A stretch of DNA of 60,028 nucleotides, the filler included, from Streblomastix strix (lineage: Eukaryota), in NCBI GenBank assembly GCA_008636045.1. It is 3 parts of 3 records of this genome, joined end to end, with 100 filler letters (N's around TTAATTAATTAA, not from the genome) between each part and the next. Parts side by side here need not be neighbours in the genome. Positions count along the whole stretch, not along the records: positions 20,061 to 39,994 come from SNRW01000473.1; positions 40,095 to 60,028 come from SNRW01000474.1; 1 more part is not named here. One strand, written 5' to 3'. Of the stretch, positions 39,201 to 52,605 are shown one piece after another. Each line of letters opens with the position of its first letter. Within the stretch, counting starts at the first letter, position 1. The translations under genes were made by a program, and so were the position numbers. The notes beneath the pieces are model-generated. The model worked only from the letters and a program-made list of their open reading frames with translations, was not told the DNA's origin and did not search any database.

Positions 39201-39490
39201 ATCTCTCCATTATATTACTAACCTGCTCATTTCTGCATAAGACACTATCCATACTTCTCAATCTTTGCTCCGTTTCGGAAAGGAATAATAATATTCATCA
39301 GAAGATTTCTGGATGATAATAATGAAATGTCTTTATATATTAATATTAAGCATCATTTGCTAATAATTAGTAGAATAATTGACGATGAGAAAGAAGAAAA
39401 TCACAAACCATCACTTAAAGAAGAAATGCAACAAAATGTGTCAATTAATAATGTCCTTTCAGATCATGCATCACCTCCTTCAGAGAAGGT
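36279..39490 (+). pseudogene. Probably degenerate multi-exon gene(s): E/N/K-rich ORF 36279-37217, disrupted exon remnants, and an open frame from ~38724
   Basis: ATG 36279 (MDIKDITLEND...) is open to TGA 37215-37217, with similar composition continuing in shifted frames. Later exon-like blocks bounded by GT/AG carry TGAs. A TGA-free frame from ~38724 begins with 11-aa repeats (SSEVIANTQSS). Boundaries are uncertain. Confidence 0.45.
38728..38830 (+). repeat. 33-bp coding tandem repeat x3
   Basis: catcttctgaagtaattgcaaacacctaatcat and two diverged copies. Confidence 0.8.
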
Positions 39491-39994
39491 GAGCTCCCCC
39501 CTTTGTTTATTGGACTCTGGGCGCCTATGGGCCCAGTTCGTAGCAAACATTCACGATAAGCATAAGTAGTCAGTCATAGTCCGGCTCCTCCGGTACAGGT
39601 GACAAGGACACACCGTACTTAGACAGAGTTCGTAGGAACGTCCTGCGCCTGCCAGAATACAAAATTCGAGAAATTCTTGCGAATCTCAAGTTTCAGGACA
39701 CAGGACTCGAACCGGAGGACCCAGACTATGAAGTAAAGGTATAGCTTATTTCTACAGTATTAATTAACGAAGACAAGGAAAAGCAAGCGAAGGGAGCCAA
39801 ACGGCAAGCGTATAAAGGTTTCATTCCTCTAAGTCAAATTGAGCACGATGTTAGGATGGCTTGGGCAGAGGACAGGCATAAAACCAAGGAAAAGGATAAC
39901 ACGGTGGACTAGAAAGAGTCTAGACAATAGGAACTGCTGTCTGAGCTCAAGGAAATCGACAAATCGATAAAGCGCAAAAGATCTCCAGAAAGCG
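39490..39994 (+). mobile_element. GC-rich insert, probable 5' end/ORF1 of a retroelement (possibly DIRS-like), truncated by gap
   Basis: Abrupt rise in GC. Two overlapping frames lack TGA up to the gap (e.g. SSQSQSGSSGTGDKDTPYLDRVRRNVLRLPEYKIREILANLKF...). No RT, integrase or recombinase motif is visible. Confidence 0.45.
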
Positions 39995-40094
39995 NNNNNN
40001 NNNNNNNNNNNNNNNNNNNNNNNNNNNNNNNNNNNNNNTTAATTAATTAANNNNNNNNNNNNNNNNNNNNNNNNNNNNNNNNNNNNNNNNNNNN
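39995..40094. other. Assembly gap with artificial TTAATTAATTAA linker (40039-40050)
   Basis: Same 100-nt construct as the first gap. Confidence 0.95.
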
Positions 40095-40205
40095 ATTGGA
40101 TTTATGATAACATACGATGTTGTGAATGGAGATACAATAGGATAAGCTACAGCTGATGGAAATAGAATTGATCCAAAAATTCTTCACAGACAGCCGAGGG
40201 AATGA
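40095..40205 (+). CDS. 3' end fragment of an unidentified gene
   Basis: IGFMITYDVVNGDTIGQATADGNRIDPKILHRQPRE then TGA; coding-like composition right after the gap. Confidence 0.4.
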
Positions 40206-40730
40206 ATAAAATTAAAATAAGTTAGTTGAAAATATAAATAAGCATACTCAATTGCCCCACTTACTATTTAGAGTATTACACTCCCATGGAACGCAAGTGG
40301 CTGAAATTAAAACAAAAAAGCATCATTTTGTTAAAATGTGGACAACTAAATTTTTAATAAATACTTTTTCTTTATCAAAAAAGAAATATAAGATTGCATT
40401 TTCCCTAAATCTAAAAAAATTGTGTTCTTCTTCCATCATTTTCCGATTTTGAGGAAAATAAATAAAATGCAATTTTTTTCTAAGGATTAATAATTTCATT
40501 TAAAATGAAAATTACATAAAAAAAATACATTACATACTTAATTATGATGTGGTTTATTGTTGTTCATTATATATTGAAAATCACTTGATTCATTATTCTA
40601 CTTGATTTATTAAAAAAACTAGATTTTAGAACAAAAATTAATAGGAAATCTATGATATAACAACTTGAGATAAAAATACAATTTGAAAGACTATAGGGAA
40701 TAGAGTTACTAAGGCGGATGTGTTTAATGT

Positions 40731-42388
40731 TCACTTTTATGGGAAGTCTAAGAAAAGAACAGATCTATCAGCTCCACCAATGGCGTATTATTCATCTGAG
40801 ATGTCACAAGTGAATAGTTCACGTTCAGATACATACTTCTGAATGGGCTTCCTTGTAGTGTAGTCAAAAACAAAGCTCTCATTTGATCCGCTTCCTCCAG
40901 CAACTATGTATACTTTATCTGTCTTTGATTTACCTCCAGTCTTTTATGGTTCAATGAATCTTGCATAGTATGGTTGTACATTGGCTGTTCTCAATATTGA
41001 AGATTAACTCCTTTAGAGCTTTGGAATACCAACTAATGGTTATGATGAGCTCTTTGATAGTTTGGGTGTTCCAAGTCCTTCTTTTGATGCACTCTTTGAT
41101 AACTTCGGAGCGTCATTCCCTTCTTTTATTGGACTTTCTTTCTCTAATGCTTCTGGTTACTCTGCTTATTTTATAATCTTTATCTCTTCTGCTGGAAATT
41201 GATATGTATGAATCAAATTTGCTGAGTTGAAGTCCCAGAGCTGTTTGTATAAAATATCATTTATATTGTAATAATAATAATAATAAATTACTAAATATAT
41301 TATTTATTATATATATAATATACCTATAGCTGGTTTCCTGTACGCCAACTTCCAGTCAATATTTCATCCTCATGTACATCAAGTGAGTCTCCACACAGAT
41401 GAGGACCAAATATCATCCTTGCTGGAGCCTTAGTTCTCAGATCCCATATCTATTATTATTATTATGATTGATTATAATAATAATTGAATATATAAATAAT
41501 AATAATTGAATATATAAATAATAATAATTGAATATATAAATAATAATTGAATATATTAATAATATATTTTATCTTTCATACCTAAAGAGTGTTGTCCCAA
41601 CCACCTGACAATAACATATTAGTCTGCAAAGGATGGAATTTCAAACAGAAGACTCTATTTGAGTGATGAACTTGATATGATTCTCTGATTGTATATATTA
41701 TAGATAAATAATAAATATGAATAAATGATATAATTATATTCATACGGATTATTCAGGGTATATGCAACTGTTTTTGTGCTTTCATCATAAATCCTTATCT
41801 ATATATTGATTATTAAATTAAATAGTATATAAATTAGTTTAATTGGATAAATAATATAATAATAAATCTTTTCATACACATCGGTCGCTACCAACAGTTG
41901 CAAATTGAGTTCCAAATGCATTATAGTCCAATGCAAGAACTTGATTATCCTACTCTCTATTGTAAATATATAGAATAATATATATAGTTAGTTATTAATC
42001 AATGAATGAATACTATACTTTATTATATGCATCAACTTCCCTGTAGTTAAATGCCAGTGTCTAACAAATCCATCCGCACCTTAACAAATATTTTATAATT
42101 AATATCAAAACAAATAAATAATAATACAATCACACTAACGATGAGTATAGCAGGATATTAAGAAGCTTATATTGGTCTGAATCGAATACTTGTCACAGGG
42201 AATCCATTTGGTTGCTTCATATCAAAGCCATAAAGGAACTTCTTTGAAGGGAGATTGTAAAGTCTTGTTCCTCCATCATTGCATCCCACTGCCAAATACT
42301 TGAAGTCTGGGGAGTAGCGCATGTAGAACACATCCCCAAGCCCTTCTTCTATTGTACTTTGAGGTAATATTTATTATAAAACTGACAT
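40731..42388 (-). CDS. WD40-repeat protein
   Basis: ATG 42388 (MSVLQQILPQ...VFYMRYSPDFKYLAVGCNDG); QFATVGSDR; HHSNRVFCLKFHPLQTNMLLSGGWDNTL; IWDLRT..MIFGPHLCGDSLDV; LTGSWR...LWDF. Several introns; TGA at 40731-40733. Confidence 0.9.
41476..41556. repeat. Intronic minisatellite (~22-bp aataattgaatatataaataat x4)
   Basis: Visible within the WD40 intron. Confidence 0.75.
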
Positions 42389-43396
42389 GCTGTTTAAATA
42401 AGTAGTTGAATATATTGTTTAATCAAATGGATATGTTATAAATTAGAAAAAATGTGAAATAAATTTAGGTTTATTAAAAAAATGTTCAAAAATATAAAAA
42501 ATCAATCTTATGTATGATATTCTCATCTTTTCAATTGAAATTATCAATATAATTTTATATAATGCTGGTATTTGTTTGGATTATGATTGATTTTTATAAA
42601 ATTTTAGATTTTTATGCAGGAACTTCAAAGCCAATTCGTAAAAAATAGTAATGATTATATAATGTTGTTCATTGTAACTATTTTATAATATTGCAAAGCA
42701 ATGCGCTCTTTTGAACCAATTTTTGGTGAAATTGTGTGAATTTTTAGGAAAAAATTGAAATATCCTTGTATCTATGTGTACATTAGATTGTAGTTATCTT
42801 TGTGGTTAATAAATATGTAGCATATAAATATATGCAAAAATTAATAAAAATTATGTATTATTAGAAGTAAGATGGTTGGAAAAATGAGATTGATTGAATT
42901 TATAATAATTTGGACGTAAAAGGAAGCGTAAAGTATTAATATTAAAAATTCATTCATTAAAACAACAATTTATTTATTTTTAATATTTTAACAAATAATA
43001 ATATATTATAAGCTTTAATAGAGCAGAAAAATACGAATTTTAAAAAAATTATCGCTGAGGCTTTCTGGACAAATTGATAACATTAATAAGATAAATATTT
43101 GAATAAACTATTGTAGAACGAGTAATAAATATCATCAAAATACACTGATAGATGTTCAAGCTTTGAGAAAACAGATAATTGTTCAGCTCTTATGTTGTAT
43201 TCTAATCAATCCTAATTATTGGTACATTTGCATGCTTAAATTATTTATTATATAGAAACAAGAATTATTCAGTTGGTATCGAGTTGTAACACAGAAAAGA
43301 TCCTCGCTTTAAAACGAATCAGCACAAAATAATAACTAGCAACATCATCAAATATATTATTTGTAAAATATTTTCATTTTATTATAAAATTAGTGT

Positions 43397-46300
43397 TCAA
43401 AGACCAACAATTTTATCTATGGTATCGCTGAAATCAGCATGAATTTTGCGTCGTTTAGATTACTCAGCTAAAGCTGTTGAATTTATGAGATTCCACTTCT
43501 GTTCATCTGGCTGCTCTTCTCCATCAGATATATTANNNNNNNNNNNNNNNNNNNNNNNNNNNNNNNNNNNNNNNNNNNNNNNNNNNNNNNNNNNNNNNNN
43601 NNNNNNNNNNNNNNNNNNNNNNNNNNNNNNNNNNNAATTTTATCTATGGTATCGCTGAAATCAGCATGAATTTTGCGTCGTTTAGATTACTCAGCTAAAG
43701 CTGTTGAATTTATGAGATTCCACTTCTGTTCATCTGGCTGCTCTTCTCCATCAGATATATTAGTCCAATCTTTTTCATCTCCAGGTATCTATCTCTATCC
43801 TCCACCATATTTTGGCACTAAAACTTCAGATCTTGATCGTGGATCAAAGAAAATTATATTCTTTCGATCTTTTGACGTGAGTTATTTCATGAAATCTGCT
43901 GAAAGTGAAGTTGTAGAGTTTTGTGTGGAATATTCAGGTAGGTTAATAGCAGGAGAGTTACTCACCTCTGCAAGACGCATGTAATGCTCTTATCTTCTGA
44001 GATGTATTTATCCATTAATTATTCTATCTTATTATAAATCTAAGAGGTATTAAAATAAAATAAAATATTTAAATAGAATCATAAATATTTATCTTTATAA
44101 ATAATAATTTATTATAAATATTACTACAAACCTCTTTATAATTCTTCTTCTTATTCTTTTTCTCTCTATTATTATAATTATGCATCAATATTAATATTTT
44201 ATTATTAATCTTCATTTTAATTAGTTTTTAATTCTGATTCTGCATTTTATGGTAGAACAGCTTTTGGAGATATTATATTATCAATATTTTAAGCAGTTAT
44301 ATTTGTATTGGGAGATGAAGGAAATTGCTATAAATTCTAAGATGGTTATTATTTAGATGATTATTATTGTTTTGAAGAAGAAAGAATAACTTTAATTACT
44401 TATGGTATATCAGGTACCTATTCCATGCCTTATATCCATATCTATTCTCTTAATGAATCCATATGTAATTATATTAGAGAAGAAGAAGGTAGTAAATCAA
44501 ATGTCTAAACTGTATTAACTGGAGATCTTGATCCATCTCTGATAAATTCTTCATCTTCTTTGGTATTCTATTTTCTTGAATATTAAAGATTTTTATTTCT
44601 TTATTATTTTTGTGTGTTGTCTGAAGTAAGAGCTGGTTGAATCATTTATTATTCAGTTGCATTAAGTGTTCCTTGTTATAATTATTATAATTACTATTAT
44701 TACTACTTCATATCAATTTATTATTTCTTTTATCTAACCTACTCCAATGCCTATGCTCTCCATGACTAGTATTATTTCTTAGCCATCTTCTCTCTCTAAG
44801 CATCTTTGCCTTCCTTCTTCCACATCATGAATTCATCTTCCTATAAATATATAAGCATTGGTCCAGATAGGAGAATATTAGCAGGAGATGATGTAGAAAG
44901 AGTTGGAAGTATCTGAATTGCATCTGATCTAATCCAGAATGGACGATGCGGTTGAGGTGCGATTTCAAGTATTGTTTGGGTAACTGAACGATTTGTAGCT
45001 GGAAATGAGAATGAGAAAGAATGTTCAGCTCCTTTTAATAATGATAATTAACTACTAATCTATGGTTGTATTTCATCATTTACTTCTTCTTTATTTAATT
45101 TCTTATCTCCTTAATTGTTAATTTCTTTCTCTTTCTCTTTTAATTCTTCAGTATTTGAAAATAAAGTTGTGGGACGTGCAATATGACAGAATTCAGAAGT
45201 CAAAATAAGATCTGTTTCAGCTGAATCTAATAATTCTTTTTTAATTAATGTTAATGCAAATGGAATAGTATCAGAATTATAGGCTTATTTAATTAGTTAT
45301 GAAGTTGTAATATTTGGCTATTATTATTTAATCTTAAATTCTTTTGAAACAATTTACTATTCAGATGGAACAGGAATAGTTAATCTTTCTAATTACTCTT
45401 CAGGTGTCATTATTTATGATAAAGCATTTGCATTTGGCATATCAATTGCAATTGGACAACATATTGCAGGTACTGGTTATGCATGAAAGAATCTAAGTCC
45501 TTATTATCTATATACTAATGGAATCTATTATTGAATATAAATATATTATAGAATGTATAAATATAAAAAATTACTTAATAGATACAACATATAATAATTT
45601 TATTTATTTATTTTATTATAATATATAATATACTTCTAAAGGTCTAAATTTAATTGGATCATGATCTTCTCTTGGTAATTAGAATAGAGAAATGGGTTAT
45701 CCTGATCTTGCTGAGAAGTCTGGAGATATAATTGGAAATCCAAATGGCATAATATTATTTAATGTTATACACCATCCTCCATTTGGAAGTGACTATTATA
45801 ATAATAATTAGATAAATAATAATATAAAGGAACATTTAAATAGATAATGAATATATTATTATTACTAATATATTAATATTATACTCATACTTCTTATTCT
45901 TTCTTATCACCTTCATTTAATACTTTTTACTATTGAGAAGATGACTATGAATTAGTTGCTTACTATTAAATGAATTCAGCATGATCTCTTTCAATATAAT
46001 TTCTCATTCTATCTTTATTCCATCCAATTGAGTCTATTAATTATTAAATCTTCTCTAATCTATATTAACATCTTAATCTTATTATTATTTTAAATGCTGC
46101 AGATCTGAAATGATTTAGATACTTCTTTCTATTTTATATTATTATAATTAAGATAATATAAATAAATAATAATGCAATAATTTAAATATTCAGTAATATA
46201 CCTTAATATCCATGATGTACTTTAATATGTATCAAATAATGGAGGAGGAAGTTATAATGAAAGTTATTTGGCTGCAATTTCATTTGCTTTATTTGCTATT

Positions 46301-49300
46301 TGTGCATTTGTAATAACTAGAAACATATTTATATAAAGAATGAAAAATTATATTTGAAACAAAGAATTCATAATGAAATATTCATTTAATGTGTTTTATT
46401 TATATGCATAAATACCTCCTTTCTCTTTCTCTTTATTTTTATCATCTTATTATAATAGTTATTATTGAAGAATCTTTCTGGCTTCCTTTTCATATATTTA
46501 TCCCAAAGTTTGAGCTGAATTTGAAAGAGAATCTGATGCAGCTAAAACTCTACATTGATTCAATAAAATAATAAATAAGATAAAATATAAGTAATTAATT
46601 AAATTAATAATTATTCATATATACTTCAAATGCTCTTTCAATACATCAAGTGGGACAATTGATTTTATATTTGGATTTCTAAAATCTCTGATATTTTTAA
46701 CTTCTTTACTCCTCTTATATAAGAATTTAAATGTAACATCATTAGTCTTTACAAATTATATTGAGTTTATATTTCCTTGAGTAACTGCATTGTTATTTAA
46801 TAATTTATTTTCATTGTGATTATATTTCATTATTTATGCTTATGAATTTGCACTGTGAGTTGAAGTTTAATGAGTTTGATTTCCTTATTTAGAAAATATA
46901 TTTTACACACTTCTTTCCTTCTTCTATTACTCTATTTATTACTATTATAACTATTATTATAATTATTGTGGATTACTTGATTTACTCTTCAATATTCCTT
47001 CTCTCAATTATTCTTCTCTCTTCTTCTTTTCTATTTATTCTTAATTGTCGATAATTAATCCTTAATTTGGATTAATATTCTCTGTTTCTATTCCTAAATT
47101 ACGCTCATCTATTTCTTCTCTTCTATTTCTATGCATTCTATTATTATTATTATTATTACAATACAAAATATAATTAATAATAATATATATTATTATTATT
47201 AATATAAATATAATTAATTACATAAAATATAAAATAATACCTATCTAAAGCTCCTTCAATTTTAGCTTATCTTAATCTTTAGTGTAATATTGCCATAATT
47301 TCAGATTCTGTTAATAAATCACTATATAAAGATTAAATAAATAATAATATGAAATTTAATTAAAATAATTATAGTTATAATTATAATTATTATTAATATA
47401 CTCTCCAATTTCTGCTTCATCAGTGAAAGTAATTTCCATTTTCTTCTGCCTTGCAATTTCTTCATTCATTTCTCTTAAAAATGTCATTTCCTATTTCATA
47501 AATAAATAAATATAATATACGATAATAAATAAGTAAATAACAACAGTAATACCTGAATTTATCTTGACTCAGGTTTCTTGAATAGCAACTTCTCAAATAA
47601 ATCATTTTCCTTCTTCTTCTTCTTTACTTTCTTTCTTCTTCTATTTTATTATTCTCCTTATAATGAAGATTATTCATCATCATTCTCTCTATAATATTCA
47701 TCATCTTCATTTATACTCTAATCTTCTTCTTCTTCTTCTGAATATTCATCTGTTTGACCTTCTTATTATTAATCTTGTTATTATTCTACTTCTTCTTCAT
47801 TCTCTTCTGTTATTGTTAATATTTATTATTACTATTATTAAGGTTATTATTAAGGTTACTATTATAGTTATTATTTGGCTATTTTTGATCTTTATTTTTT
47901 TCCTGGTCTCTTTCTATTTCTTTTTCTATTATATAATAATTAATTAATAAATGAATATAATAAATAAAAGCATTCTCTTTCTTTTTATTCTTTTTATTAT
48001 TAAGTAATGAACCTCCTCTTCTTTCTTGGTCCAGCATCTGCAGCAACATTCTTCATCTTCCACATTAATTCTAAATCTTCAATTTCTTCTGATTCTAAAT
48101 CAGATTCTGATAATTCATACTCTTATGGGGACTATAAAGAATAATAAGAGTAATAATAAGAGTAATAATAATAAAGAAGAAGAATAAAGAAGTATTATAT
48201 AATAATAATATATATTTTAATAACATACTCTAATCTTCATTTATTCTTCAATCTCCTTAAGCACAGTTAGGATTAAATATTTAGTATTCATTTTCCCTTC
48301 TAAATAAAATAAAATAATATAATAGTTATTAATATATTAATATAACAATAAAACCTTTCTTCTTTTCTTATTTATTTCCTTTCTTTTGAAATTGAACATT
48401 ATTTTAATTTTTTGCCTTTATTAACATAAACATAAACATAAATATAAAAAGTAAATATTAATATATATTATTATTAATATAATATAATTGAATATCAATG
48501 TTATAATATACCTGTTTCTAAGCAATTATTCTCCTCTCTCTTTCAGCTTACATTGCATTCTTCTTTTCAATCTCCCTTTATAAATCTTTTATCTTTAATT
48601 TCCCTTTTTCTTATGTTAATACATCAATCATTGCAAGTGGAGTATCTAATTGAGATAATATAATAGAATATAATAGAATACGCGATTATTAAATTAATAT
48701 TACTTACTTATTTATTTATTTATTTACTTCATATATTTAATCAAACCTAATAATTTCATATTAAATGAATATCCTTTTGAATTTCTATCATGTAATTATC
48801 TTTCTCTTATTTCTCTTTATTTTCTTTTTTATTCTTTTCTCTTTATTAATTATGCAACAACTTCAGGAGTAATATTACTTCCTATTTAATAATAAGAGAA
48901 TTGAAATAAATAAAATATTATATTTTCATTTATATCATTATAATATATTTCCTGTATATACCAGGAACTCCACTCAATGCATTAGCAACAATAGCTAAGT
49001 CTTCTTTAGCTAATTATAATTCTTCATCATCTTCATCATTATCAATATCTTAATAGTTATTATTAAATTAATTCTATTCTTTATCACTATTTGATTAAGA
49101 TTAAGACTGACGCTGTAATAATATATTATATAATTAGAAATAATAATAATAATAATAATAATAAAAGTAGAATACAATTTATGGAATTATATTCAATAAA
49201 TAAATAATTATTATTTTTCTTCTATTTCATACTATATATGTTTTTCTAATTCTTTTGATTTCTTCTCTCTCTTATGAAGTTAATTTCCTTCCATTCTAAT

Positions 49301-51875
49301 TATATTCACTATAATCACTTAAATTATTCCTTCTATTGTATTCTTCTTCTAATTATAATCTTCTTGCTTTTAATAAATGTAATAATGCTTATGCATCTGA
49401 AACTGGATCTCTAATATATATATATAAAGAAATACAATTATTATTTATATGATAAATTAATTAAATCAAACCTTGAATTAAGTTATTTCGCAAGTGTAGG
49501 TATTGAATCAGATTCAAAAGCCTGATGAATAATAATAAGATTTAAAAAGAGTATTAAATAAATATATCTATTCAATTTAATTTATCTATTCTTTATTAAT
49601 TCAATAATCAATTTGAATACTTTAATACTCTCCATATTATTTGATTTATTCACTTTAATTAGTTTTTCATTCATTAACATTGTGGTTGTATTTGTAATAT
49701 CATCATAATTATCTTTATTATTGATATCTTCATTGATATCATCATAATCTAATAATTAATTATATTATTGAGTTTATTATTAAGATTAATTCTATCCACT
49801 CAATTAGATATTTCTTTCTTATTATATAGGAGATTATCTATTCACTTGTTATTAATCATTCTAATTAGCACTGACCATATTTATATTATCAGGTTTCTAT
49901 TATTCATTTGTTAATTTAGGTAATTGTCTTCCTCTTCTTGGTGTTGGGGGATTTGATGTTTTATATTCAAACCCTGGAAATACAATTTCTCCAGATTTTG
50001 GACTATAAACAAATAATAATAATTAAATATAGTAATTAATTTACATTATATAATATCAATATTTCTATTATTCAATAATCCAATTAATAATATCACACAT
50101 TCTATTCTAAATACTTTCTCTTCTTTCTTTTTCTTTTCTTTCTTTTCTTTCTTATTCTTTTATTTATTTCTCTTTTAATTCATTCAATTCTTTTTCTTTT
50201 ATTTCTTTCTATCCTCTTAATGCAGCAGATAATGATCTTTTGATTTATGGAAGTCTTTCTGGTGTTGTTAGTAAACTATCTTATCTAAGAAGATTCAAAT
50301 GATTAAATGGAACAGTTAAGAAGAATAATAAATTATATTTAAATATTTACCAATATTATATATACCTCAATTTGGCAGTTTTTTATGGACTTATTCCTTA
50401 TAATAATGAAGTTGATTAAGTCAGTAATATTTTTGTTGTATAAGCAGGATTATTGATTGGAGAGAATACTTAATTCTATTCTGCATCTGTTCTACCATTT
50501 CCAGATTATTTTGATTGTTATATTTGTCCACTTGATTATATTTATCTTTATCCATGGAATATTTTTGATCCTTATCTATCAATAAATGGAGTTACCTATT
50601 ATTAATAATATTGATATAGATATAAGATATATTAATATTATATAAGTATATAAGTATATAAGATATATTATATAAGTATTTATTATATTTATACTGTTTT
50701 CAGGTTACTAATGGGCATTATGGGTTTTCTAGTTTCAGTCATCATTCCTTATGAAGCAAATAGAGACATGTAATTCTGAGGAGTTTGAATATCGAGTTCT
50801 TTAATAGAATAAATATAAATATATAAATATATAAATAATCATAAATTAAATATAATAATTATTTCACATACCAGATGCTTAATTTACAGCTCTTACAATA
50901 GCATCATTCTAAACAATATCATCTCTTATAACTCCAGGTCTTGAACTTCCCATAAAATTACAGGAAACAGGAACAAATCCAAATTACGATAAATCAAATT
51001 TAATTATGCATTAAGCAGTTGACATTGATGTTGGAGTATATGATACTTTTAAATTAAATTATGAATTACCCTAAGGAATATATAAATATAATATATAAAA
51101 TATAATAAAAATTAAATATGATATGTATTTATAAATAAAAATACTTGTATAGTTCCTTCAAGTTCAGAAAAGTGAATATCAGGATGTGCTTTAAGAATAG
51201 CGATAAAGAAGTCAAATGCAACTGGAATTGTGTTATTCAGTGTGAATGTACGAGATATGCTAATAGATAAAGATATGATAAAATAATTCTTTTTGTAGTA
51301 TACTTGTTAAATATATAATAAATACCTGTCTCCAATTGCAACTACTCCAAAGTTCAGTTATTTTGGTAGAGTCTCTCCAGTATATACAGGAAATGCATGT
51401 ATGGGAATATGAAGACCCTAATATTAATCAAAAATGAATATATAAAATAAATAGATTAATAATAAACTAACTTTCTCTGGTGCACGAATACGAATTATGT
51501 CATTGTAATATCTATATTCTGTTGGAGAGAATCTGACAGTTACTTCAGTGCTCATTCCTTAAGGAAGGAACTCCTGATGTATATGGAATAAAAATGAAAT
51601 ATATATATGTCATATTACTATCATAATATTAAGTATACCCTTTTTGTGTATGTCATGTGGAAATAGGGTGTTTCTGGGGGAAGCACATCAAATCGCAACT
51701 GACTTTATGATATATTAAGTACCGTAAACTTACGTTCATAAACTTCATTGAGACTCACAAGTGGAAATTGGAGCGCAGATGGAGTCAACAAGATCTAATC
51801 CGTCTTAGCACGTGATGTGTAGTCGTATTTCTCTAGTGGATTGATGTACTACCTTTTTTGTGTAGCTTATGTCAT
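43397..51875 (-). CDS. CFAP221: Cilia- and flagella-associated protein 221 (PCDP1)-like, intron-rich
   Basis: ATG 51875. N-terminus ...FTVLNISQSQLRFDVLPPETPYFHMTYTKR|EFLPQGMSTEVTVRFSPTEYRYYNDIIRIR..LHIPIHAFPV..LPKQLNFGVV..LSQFGFVPVSCNFMGSSRPG fits the PCDP1 ASH-like domains. Long E/Q-rich middle. C-terminus ...HADFSDTIDKIVGL then TGA at 43397-43399, read across the overlap gap. Internal exons were not all resolved. Confidence 0.8.
43536..43635. other. 100-N gap with duplicated flanks (43409-43535 = 43636-43762)
   Basis: 127 bp identical on both sides of the gap, as expected for an unmerged contig overlap. Confidence 0.92.
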
Positions 51876-52605
51876 AAACTAATTTCTTTAATATATTATG
51901 TTGATAAAAATTATATAAAAATTAAGTAATTAACGCTTGAAATTGATTGGAAAAAATAGAAGAAATGATTAAAAAAATTAAAGTCATGATAGCAAAAATT
52001 AAGTAATATTTACAATGTATATTGTTCAAAATATGATAGATAAGTAAAATTATACATTAATTATTAAATTTGGAAAGGCTATCTAACTTAAATCTGGAAT
52101 TTTATCTCACAAATTAAAAAATTCCTTTAAATTTCTTGGCATTTAAAGAATGAAAAGGTAATATATCTATTGTTATAAATAAAAGTAAATAATAGTAAAA
52201 AAAACTTTAGAAAAAGTATAACAAATTAAAATTTTACACGGTGAATTTGCCGAATATAGGAATATTGTGAAAAAATTGCTTTTCCTCATCAATTAAGATA
52301 ATTTCATCTCTAATATACATAATTTAGATTCTAGACAATATTTTACACATATAAAAAACTATAAAAATTTCAATACAATTAACACGCGAGAGTTAGCTCT
52401 AACCGCCAATTAAATATTTCAACTCGACAAAGAGGATGATTTATAGTGTTATAGTAATAAAAGGTATATAGTGTCAAATAACTTGAACAGTGGAATAAAA
52501 TCAAAATAGCAATATAGTTTGAAAAAAATATATCTTTGACAAAAAAACCTTTCCAACTTATGTTAATAAATATAACAGGTTATGTACATCATTTTTTCAT
52601 AGTAT

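Noticed and set aside
42615..43375. Possible + strand gene (MQELQSQF..., KKIIAEAFWTN[TGA]..., KQELFSWYRVV)
   Set aside because: Exon-like pieces with several TGAs and no recognisable family. I could not build a consistent model; it is probably a decayed gene.
43409..43762. 127-bp direct repeat and the twin + strand ORFs MRRLDYSAK...
   Set aside because: Unmerged overlap around a 100-N gap. The ORFs are antisense to the last CFAP221 exon.
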